A DNA stretch of 64,000 nucleotides from a virus, in the IMG/VR virus record IMGVR_UViG_3300048854_000232, positions 96,618-160,617 of that record; one strand, written 5' to 3'. The translations under genes were made by a program, and so were the position numbers. Positions 37,140 to 44,840 of the stretch are shown one piece after another (the stretch's first letter is position 1; each line of letters starts with the position of its first letter). The notes below the pieces were generated by a model. That model searched no databases. It saw nothing but the letters and a program-made list of their open reading frames with translations, and was not told where the DNA came from.

Positions 37140-39242
37140 ATGAGTCAAAACCTTTCTAACGCCGTCATCAACGAGCTGCGCCCGGATCTTCTGGCCAGCG
37201 CTGCCATGAATCCCTGGGCTGCGTTCGATTCCTCCTCCCGTCAGGTCATGATGGGTTCCCACCTGTCCCAGGCCCTGGTGATTCAAGGAGGTTCCACCCG
37301 TCGGTGTCTCACCGGCGCAGAACGCGAGTTCGCCAAATACACCTTCAAGGTGAAGTTCCCGTGTAATGCCGAAGTGGTCAAGGTCATCGACCGCTATCCG
37401 CGCACGCTGGGCTTCTCCACCATCCGCGAAAACCCCGAATCGATCGTGATCTACGAGGATGCGGAAACCAAGCAGATCGATATCCTGTCGATCCCGCGCT
37501 ATCACTGCCTGCATCAGCACTTCGGCTTCTCGTATTCGTACAAGGCTCCGATGCAGCGACTGGTGCCCGGCGCCACGTTCGCCGAAGGAACCATCCTGGC
37601 CGATTCGCCGGCCGTGGATGATCAGGGCAATTACAAACTCGGGGTGGAGACCGAGGTCGCCTTCATGTCGGTCCCCGGCATCATCGAGGACGGTGTGATC
37701 ATCTCCCGGGCCTATGCGCAGAAGTTGAAGTCCAAGGGCTTCGAGAAGCGCGTCGGCAGCTGGGGCAAGAACCTGTACCCGATCAACCTCTATGGCGGTG
37801 AGAACGAGTACAAGCCATTCCCGGACATCGGCCAGCCGATCCGTGACGATGGCCTGCTCTTCTGCCTACGGGAATACGACGATCTCCTGGCTCCGGTCCA
37901 GATGTCGCCGCGCGCCCTGCGGGAACCGGACTACTACCGCGATCACCTGATCTACGCCGAACCCGGCGCCAAGGTGATTGACGTCCAGGTCCGCCATGCG
38001 GTCACCAACGGCACCCCACCGACCCCGATGGGCATGGAGGCACAAGCGGCCAAGTACTATCAGGCGCAGCTGACCTTCTACGACCAGCTCTTGGAAACCT
38101 ACAAGGACCTGCGCAAGCGTCGAGGTGAAGCACTGAAGATCTCGCCGCACTTCCAGGCCATGCTCCGTGAAGGTCTGGACTACAAGGGCGACTTCGGCAA
38201 GAACCGTCCCAAGCAGATGTACCAGCGCGTCGAACTGGACGACTGGCGCGTGGAGATCACCTTCGAATACGACGTGGTGCCGGATGTGGGCTTTAAGCTC
38301 ACCGACTTCCATGGCGGTAAGGGCGTGGTCTGTCAGGTCTGGGAAACCGAAGACATGCCGGTGGACGCCGAGGGTAATCGCGCCGAGTGCATCATGGACG
38401 GCGATTCGACCATTAAGCGCATGAACATCGGTCGTATGTACGAGCAGTACATCAACGCCACCAGTCGCCATGTGACCAACCATGTTCGGGCCCTGATGTC
38501 GCAGTTGACGGCGGAGTCGATCAACGAGGCCTGGGAGTACCTACTGGGCTATTACAAGATCATCTCCCCGCGGATGTACGATCTGATCACCGGTCCGTCG
38601 TACCAGGAACATCCCCGCCATCACCTGGAGGAGATTGTCCGCGACGGTGTCTACCTGTACATGCCCACCGACAACCCAATCGAAGCGGTGCAAGCCATCG
38701 ACCAGCTCTCCCGCGACTACCCGATCACGATCGCTCCGGTGACCTACCGTGGTCGTTCGGGTAACGTGTCCATCACCGAAGAGAGCATCATCATCGGCAG
38801 CCTGTGGATCATGCTGCTGGAGAAAACCGGTGGTGACTGGTCAGGCGTGGGTTCGGCCAAGCTGCAACACTTCGGCATTCCGGCGAAGATCGCGCGGCAC
38901 GACAAGCACTCCTCACCGGGGCGTGCCCAGCCGGTGCGTATCTTGGGTGAATCCGAGGTGCGTGGTTGGGCGGCGACGATGGGCGGTGACGCGGTGGCTG
39001 AACTGCTGGAGATGTCCAACAACCCTGCGCTGCATAAACACGTGGTGGGTAACATCCTGCGCGCCGAACGTCCGTCCGCGATTCAGACGGTGATCGACCG
39101 CAACGTGATCCCCCGCGGCGGAAGCCGAGCTCTGGTCTACGTCAAGCATGCCCTGGAAACCGCCGGTGCGCGGTTCGTGGACGTCCCGGACGATGAACCA
39201 GCCATCAAGATCTATCCACCCCATCAGGAGATTGCCAAGTGA
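37140..39242 (+). CDS. Non-virion RNAP beta C-terminal subunit (phiKZ gp71/73-like), uninterrupted
   Basis: SSSRQVMMGSHLSQAL, IEDGVIIS, GFKLTDFHGGKGV, KRMNIG and RILGESE motifs. Confidence 0.93.
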   Translation: MSQNLSNAVINELRPDLLASAAMNPWAAFDSSSRQVMMGSHLSQALVIQGGSTRRCLTGAEREFAKYTFKVKFPCNAEVVKVIDRYPRTLGFSTIRENPESIVIYEDAETKQIDILSIPRYHCLHQHFGFSYSYKAPMQRLVPGATFAEGTILADSPAVDDQGNYKLGVETEVAFMSVPGIIEDGVIISRAYAQKLKSKGFEKRVGSWGKNLYPINLYGGENEYKPFPDIGQPIRDDGLLFCLREYDDLLAPVQMSPRALREPDYYRDHLIYAEPGAKVIDVQVRHAVTNGTPPTPMGMEAQAAKYYQAQLTFYDQLLETYKDLRKRRGEALKISPHFQAMLREGLDYKGDFGKNRPKQMYQRVELDDWRVEITFEYDVVPDVGFKLTDFHGGKGVVCQVWETEDMPVDAEGNRAECIMDGDSTIKRMNIGRMYEQYINATSRHVTNHVRALMSQLTAESINEAWEYLLGYYKIISPRMYDLITGPSYQEHPRHHLEEIVRDGVYLYMPTDNPIEAVQAIDQLSRDYPITIAPVTYRGRSGNVSITEESIIIGSLWIMLLEKTGGDWSGVGSAKLQHFGIPAKIARHDKHSSPGRAQPVRILGESEVRGWAATMGGDAVAELLEMSNNPALHKHVVGNILRAERPSAIQTVIDRNVIPRGGSRALVYVKHALETAGARFVDVPDDEPAIKIYPPHQEIAK

Positions 39243-41164
39243 TGATGCACGCGCGTGAATTGGCGATGCTGCCCAAAGCGGAACTGTGGCAGCTATCCGA
39301 TGGTCCGATCAAGGTCGTTTTCGATGACGGGGTGGTGGAGAGTCATGGGCGGGCCACGATCTACTCAACCTACATGTGGGATCTGTACGCGAAGTACCCC
39401 AAGACCCCGGCCCTGATGGAACATCACTTAGGTGACAACCATGTGGGTAGCAATACCCACCTGGATCTCCTGGGCAAAGTGATGTGGGCCTGTTACGATG
39501 CGTACGAGCACGAGGTGCCGGATAAGAAGGACTTCGTCGAGGAGCTGTGCGGGGAGGTCTACGACGCGACCAACCGGCTCTACAACGACATGACCTATCG
39601 GCTGGAATCCAGGGTCCGGACGCTCTCGATCTTGGACTTTGTCCAGGTTGTGTTGCATCCGAAGATCAAGGAAGCCAACGACAACGTCCAGCCCACCCGT
39701 CTGTCGGTGGACAAGTGCTACAAGACCATCAACGATGTGCTGAAGGATCCGCGGGAACTGCGCGGTAATCCGGTGGCCGATGCGGCCAAGAACGGTCTGG
39801 TCGATATGCGGCAGATCCAGCAGTGCGTGGGCCCGCGTGGTGCGGTAACGGATGTGGATTCGAACTACTTCCGTGACCAGGTGCTGCGCGGCTACGTGCA
39901 CGGCCTGATCAGCTTGCAGGATTCGATGATGGAATCCCGCTCGGCCGCCAAGTCGCTGATGTTCACCGAAGAGCCGTTGCAGAAGTCCGAGTACTTCAAC
40001 CGTCAGCTGCAGTTGCTGTGCGGGACGCTCGAGTTCCTGCACATGGGCGATTGCGGTACGAAGGAAACGCTCAAGTGGCGGGTCAAGCCAGGTGATCTGA
40101 AGGCCTTGGCGGGGAAATACTACAACACCCCGTCGGGACTGAAGCGCCTGCGTGAAACCGATCGTCACCTGACCGGCGAGCTGATCGAGATGCGTTCGGT
40201 CTTGGTCTGCCAGCATCCGGATCCGCGTGGGGTCTGCTCGACCTGCTTCGGTGAGATGTCCCTGTCGATTCCGAAGGAAACCTGCCTGGGTCATGTCTCG
40301 GCCACGGCGTTGTGCGAAATGGTCTCCCAGTCGGTGCTCTCGATCAAACACGTCGATAGCTCCTCGGGTGCCGGCGACATCGAACTGACCGAGTACGAAC
40401 AACAGTACTTCCGTGTGGGTACGGACACCAACACCCTGAAGCTGGCCGAACGGCTGGAGAAGGTGCGGGTGGTCCTGACCATCTCGGCCAAGGAAGCCGA
40501 GCACCTCTCGGACATCACCTTCGTCGATGATGTGCGGGCCTTGCCGGTCTCACGGATCTCGGAGCTGAACGATGTGCAGCTGGTCATCACGGGCCAGCGC
40601 GGTGAAGAATCGGTGATCTTACCGGTAGCTAACGGGACCCGTAAGGGTTCGCTGACCCACGATGCTCTGGCGTACATCAAGGAGCATAGCTGGTCGCTGA
40701 CGGCCACGGGCAACTACTCGATCGACCTGTCCAGCTGGGACATGGAATGGCCGCTGTTCGAAATGCCGCTCAAGCATGAAAACATGTTGGATTACATGGC
40801 CACGATCGAGAAGTTCATCAAGGCCACCGAAGGCGGTACCCAGCGGACGTTGAAAGACTGCGTGACGCTGGAACAGGCACTGTTGGAACTCAACACCCTG
40901 GTCGCCTCGGAACTGACCGTGAACATCGCGCACTTGGAGGTGATCCTGAAGTCGGTGACGATTCGCAGCTCCGAGCACCACGACTATCGCATCCCGCACG
41001 CGGGCAATGCTGTGGAGTTTGGCTCGTTCACTAACATCATGGCCAGCCGAAGCTTGGCCGCCACCATGGCCTACCAGGGCCATAAAAAGGTCCTCCTGGA
41101 CCCGGCGGCGTACATCCGCAACCAACGACCGTCCCATCCCCTGGATGCCATGATCCTGGGTTAA
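39239..41164 (+). CDS. Non-virion RNAP beta' C-terminal subunit (phiKZ gp74-like)
   Basis: GPRG, SEYFNR, DCGT, RSVLVC…GVCSTCFG Zn site and QSVLSIKH. Confidence 0.92.
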   Translation: MMMHARELAMLPKAELWQLSDGPIKVVFDDGVVESHGRATIYSTYMWDLYAKYPKTPALMEHHLGDNHVGSNTHLDLLGKVMWACYDAYEHEVPDKKDFVEELCGEVYDATNRLYNDMTYRLESRVRTLSILDFVQVVLHPKIKEANDNVQPTRLSVDKCYKTINDVLKDPRELRGNPVADAAKNGLVDMRQIQQCVGPRGAVTDVDSNYFRDQVLRGYVHGLISLQDSMMESRSAAKSLMFTEEPLQKSEYFNRQLQLLCGTLEFLHMGDCGTKETLKWRVKPGDLKALAGKYYNTPSGLKRLRETDRHLTGELIEMRSVLVCQHPDPRGVCSTCFGEMSLSIPKETCLGHVSATALCEMVSQSVLSIKHVDSSSGAGDIELTEYEQQYFRVGTDTNTLKLAERLEKVRVVLTISAKEAEHLSDITFVDDVRALPVSRISELNDVQLVITGQRGEESVILPVANGTRKGSLTHDALAYIKEHSWSLTATGNYSIDLSSWDMEWPLFEMPLKHENMLDYMATIEKFIKATEGGTQRTLKDCVTLEQALLELNTLVASELTVNIAHLEVILKSVTIRSSEHHDYRIPHAGNAVEFGSFTNIMASRSLAATMAYQGHKKVLLDPAAYIRNQRPSHPLDAMILG

Positions 41165-41243
41165 CGGCACCACGGAGCTGGGAGGCTAACCCCTCCCAGC
41201 TCCTCATACTCGACGCACCTTTTCTTTTCACGGGGTTACGCAT

Positions 41244-42785
41244 ATGTCGATGTCAGACATAAGCCCAGCCATGCGTGTGGACCTCTTCTCACATGGGATG
41301 CGGGTCACTCAGTTCTCTGAACCGGGTAAACGCGCACTGCTCGCTTTCTGCCGCGACCTCGCTCAGTTCGGCTACGTCCGAGTCGCACGAGGCAAGTTCG
41401 AATACCGGATGGTGAAGATCTTCGGGGGTCGCACGTCCGATCACCTGGAGTACTACTTACACCGCAACCAAGAACACGACTTCCGTATCCATCTGTCCAG
41501 CTACGGATTCACCGATAACAACGTGCTGTGGGTCGAACACCCCATGTACGAGCCGGTCAAGTGCGAGTTTCCGATCAAGGACACCCGTACGCCCCGTGAA
41601 GAGCAGATCCCGTACATTCAGTATCTGATCGACCCGGGTAAGATCAAGGTCATCACCATTCAGACCGGACGTGGCAAGACCTTCCTCTCCCTCAAAGCTA
41701 TCGCGGCGATCGGCCAGCGGACCATGATGGTCATCAAGGGGATGTATGTCGATAAGTGGATCTCGGATGTCCGTGAGATGTTCGATATCGCCATCGACGA
41801 CCTCATGGTGGTTCGCGGGTCCGCCCACCTCATGAAGCTGATCGAGCTGGCCCAAAAGGGCGAGCTGACAGCCAAGTACATCATCTGCACCAACAAGACC
41901 ATCTACAACTACATCCAGTCCTACGAGAAATTCAAGGATGAAGACGTAGGCTACGGCGTGCATCCCCTGGCGCTGTACGAAACCCTGGGCGTGGGTGTCC
42001 GGTTGATCGATGAGGTCCATCAGGACTTTCACCTGAACTTCCGTCAAGACATCTACACCCATGTGCCCAAGACCATCTCGCTCTCGGCGACGCTGGACTC
42101 GGACGACAAGAAGCTGAACCAGATGTACGAGGTCATGTTCCCCAGTGGAATCCGCCCGCCGGCTCTGGCGCACAAGAAGTATATTGCGATGCGCGGCTTG
42201 GTCTACGCCTTCAGGCAGCCCAAGCTGATCCGTTACAAGAATGCCATGAAGCAGTACAGCCATGTGATCTTCGAGCAGTCGGTCATGAAGAACCAGCATG
42301 TGCTGAACTCCTACTTGCAGATGGTCTTGCAGATCGTCCGCCACAGCTACATCCGGGTGCGGCAGCCAGGGCAGCGTTGCCTGGTCTACTTTGCCACGGT
42401 AGAGATGTGCGGCATGTTCCAACGCCTGGTCAAGATGTTCCATCCCGAACTGGTGGTCAATCGTTACACGTCCGACGACGAGTATGAAGCCCTGCTCACC
42501 GCCGACATCGCCTGCACGACCCTCCAGTCCGCCGGTACGGCCGTCGACATCCCAGGCCTACGCATCGTCGTCATGACCACCGCGTTGTCCTCTAAGCAGG
42601 CTAACGAGCAGGCCCTGGGCCGCTTGCGCGAGTTGAAGGACTGGCCGGATACCACCCCGGAGTTCTTCTTCCTGATCTGCCGGGACATCGAAAAGCACGG
42701 GCAGTACGCCCAAGCCAAGAGCGAGAAGCTGGGCGATAAGGTGCTCAGCTACAACGTTCATCAGACCCAGTTCCACATCGGGTAA
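41244..42785 (+). CDS. SF2 (DExH) helicase (phiKZ gp75-like)
   Basis: Walker A QTGRGKT, IDEVH, SAT, GTAVDIP and QALGRLR. Confidence 0.92.
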   Translation: MSMSDISPAMRVDLFSHGMRVTQFSEPGKRALLAFCRDLAQFGYVRVARGKFEYRMVKIFGGRTSDHLEYYLHRNQEHDFRIHLSSYGFTDNNVLWVEHPMYEPVKCEFPIKDTRTPREEQIPYIQYLIDPGKIKVITIQTGRGKTFLSLKAIAAIGQRTMMVIKGMYVDKWISDVREMFDIAIDDLMVVRGSAHLMKLIELAQKGELTAKYIICTNKTIYNYIQSYEKFKDEDVGYGVHPLALYETLGVGVRLIDEVHQDFHLNFRQDIYTHVPKTISLSATLDSDDKKLNQMYEVMFPSGIRPPALAHKKYIAMRGLVYAFRQPKLIRYKNAMKQYSHVIFEQSVMKNQHVLNSYLQMVLQIVRHSYIRVRQPGQRCLVYFATVEMCGMFQRLVKMFHPELVVNRYTSDDEYEALLTADIACTTLQSAGTAVDIPGLRIVVMTTALSSKQANEQALGRLRELKDWPDTTPEFFFLICRDIEKHGQYAQAKSEKLGDKVLSYNVHQTQFHIG

Positions 42786-42845
42786 GGTAAATCCCGGGGC
42801 TTCGACGGGCCCCGGGAGGAATCCCGTGCTTAGCTGGCTAATTAC

Positions 42846-43460
42846 ATGGAAGAGGTTTCCCAGGGGATAACGGCCATGCTCAATCGCGAAAGTTTCACCA
42901 ACGACACGTTCAACAACATCATGCTGCAGCCGGAACCGCTGTGGGAGACTTTTGCCAACGAGCACCCGGCGATTGCGGGGACGGTGGACGGTCTGCTGCG
43001 GTTGCCCTACATCCGTTACCACCTGCGCGACCAGCTGTACGTTCCCGAGAAAGACTGGGTCGTGGTTACCCAGCGCACCCTGCTGCTTCTGTACGTGGGC
43101 CTGGGCGCCGAACTGGTCAACAAGCTTTCCCTGCTTTCGGAGACCGCGCGCTTTGACGTCATCTGCGGGGCCATGTGCATGGCCAACGATACCGACGTCG
43201 TCGAGGAGATCGCCAAGTCCGAGGCGGAGATGGCCAAGCTGATTGCCGAGGGCCAAACCCCCGACAAGATCGACATGCAGGTCGCCGTCCTGAGCGCGGT
43301 CTGCGAATGGCTGGCCCACGAGTGTTTCCCGACCGACCCGGTCACGGGTATGACGGCGATCCTCAACACCGTGGCGCTGCCGTACGATGTTTCCACGGCC
43401 GTGATGGATAACTTCGTCGACAACCTCGAAGATGAGTTCTCCCCGGAAATGGATAGTTAA
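42846..43460 (+). CDS. Conserved hypothetical protein
   Basis: Follows the helicase; typical codons. Confidence 0.7.
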   Translation: MEEVSQGITAMLNRESFTNDTFNNIMLQPEPLWETFANEHPAIAGTVDGLLRLPYIRYHLRDQLYVPEKDWVVVTQRTLLLLYVGLGAELVNKLSLLSETARFDVICGAMCMANDTDVVEEIAKSEAEMAKLIAEGQTPDKIDMQVAVLSAVCEWLAHECFPTDPVTGMTAILNTVALPYDVSTAVMDNFVDNLEDEFSPEMDS

Positions 43461-43512
43461 GGCATAGGACGCCTCCTCCGCCCTCCCAAGGGGCGGAGGG
43501 GGTTTTATGCCC
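43461..43512 (+). terminator. GGCATA-hairpin-TTTTATGCC element
   Basis: CCTCCGCCC/GGGCGGAGG stem flanked by inverted GGCATA/TATGCC. Confidence 0.7.
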
Positions 43513-43532
43513 CTAGGGCCTTAGGCAACCGG

Positions 43533-43550
43533 ATTTCAAACCTATAACAC
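43533..43550 (+). promoter_or_regulatory. Putative early promoter (ATTTCAAACCTATAACAC)
   Basis: Matches the recurring motif. Confidence 0.6.
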
Positions 43551-43593
43551 TTGCCTGAGCCATCAACCAACAACACACGTCCAAGGAATGTAC

Positions 43594-44196
43594 ATGAGCA
43601 TTGTGAAGCTTTCTCCCGCCGAAGTGCTGACCTACGTCAGTGGATTTGTTACCGACGCCCCTGGATCCAACAGTGGCGCGATTTACGAGCTGACCCCCAT
43701 GGGTCACAACGAGTACTTCGTCCACATCTATACCCGCGACGGCGGTCTGGCCCCCACCACGGTTGACCCCGTCCAGTACAACCAGATCCAGCGTTACGCG
43801 GCGGCCGATGAAAGTGGTACGTTGCGGCGCTTTGGGTTGCCCTCCTTCGAGCGTCTTTTCCGTATCACCTACCGCTCGCACACCCAGGACTTCGTCATCA
43901 CCAGCCTTGAGTTTGAGGCACGTCACCGGTATGACATCGGGGGCCCGATCCTGGCTCTCCTGCGCTGCGTCAGCGAGGAAGAAGGCGCGGCACTGCTGAA
44001 GGCTGCGCTTGGCTGCAAGGTGGTCGCCGACAAAGCCTACCAGCCGGCGGAGATCCTGGACGTGCTCCACCGCATGCACCTGGCCCGTCATCCCGAGGCG
44101 CTGTCCAACAGTTTCGCCTTCATCGACCTCGATGACACCGAAGCGGTGATGACTTCGGTGGGGCAGTTCCCTTTCGATAAGAGCCAGGAGGCTTAA
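43594..44196 (+). CDS. Hypothetical protein (paralog of 44198-44776)
   Basis: AAGGA RBS; shares motifs with the next gene. Confidence 0.75.
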   Translation: MSIVKLSPAEVLTYVSGFVTDAPGSNSGAIYELTPMGHNEYFVHIYTRDGGLAPTTVDPVQYNQIQRYAAADESGTLRRFGLPSFERLFRITYRSHTQDFVITSLEFEARHRYDIGGPILALLRCVSEEEGAALLKAALGCKVVADKAYQPAEILDVLHRMHLARHPEALSNSFAFIDLDDTEAVMTSVGQFPFDKSQEA

Positions 44197-44197
44197 G

Positions 44198-44776
44198 ATG
44201 ACCGAGACCAATCGCACCCTGCCCAAGCACATCGCCTACGACGTGCTCCAGGCGAAGTCCCGTGCCAGCCACCTGGGCGAGATCATCCGCATCGAGCCGG
44301 TCAACGGCGAGGTCGAGACCTACCTGGTCAAGATCTACGAGGAGCGCTCCTCGGTGCCGCGCTGGCACGGTCCCAAGGCCAACGTACCGGGCGAGAGCTA
44401 CCTGCGCTCGCTGCACGGGCTGTCCTCCACCTCCAACGAGCGGGAGATCGACGAGGGCTTCGAACGGCTAGGTTCCTCCATCGGCATCAAGCCGGAGCAG
44501 CCGACCTTCGTGGCCATGATCTCCTATATCCCGACCACGGGCTATGGCATGCCCGACGGGGTCCGCAAGGTTATCACCGAGCTGGAAAGCCATCGGGCCT
44601 GGCGCCTGTCGGATCTGCTGAAGCTCGTCCCGGCCAACGTGGCGGTGGGCGATATCGTCCCGCTGATCCCGATGTCGGAGACGTTCAGCTTCCGCGAGGC
44701 GCTGATCTTCCTGCACACGGCCAAGATCACCCGTCCTCGTCATCCGGGCGGCACTCACGTCGATCCGAAGGCATAA
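44198..44776 (+). CDS. Hypothetical protein (paralog of 43594-44196)
   Basis: GGAGG RBS. Confidence 0.75.
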   Translation: MTETNRTLPKHIAYDVLQAKSRASHLGEIIRIEPVNGEVETYLVKIYEERSSVPRWHGPKANVPGESYLRSLHGLSSTSNEREIDEGFERLGSSIGIKPEQPTFVAMISYIPTTGYGMPDGVRKVITELESHRAWRLSDLLKLVPANVAVGDIVPLIPMSETFSFREALIFLHTAKITRPRHPGGTHVDPKA

Positions 44777-44840
44777 GCGGCACACGCGCCCCTCCTACCC
44801 CTCTGACGGGTAGGAGGGGCTTTTCTCACTTTCTTTTTTG
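44770..44840. terminator. Hairpin terminator between convergent genes
   Basis: GCCCCTCCTACCC/GGGTAGGAGGGGC stem plus T tracts. Confidence 0.75.
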
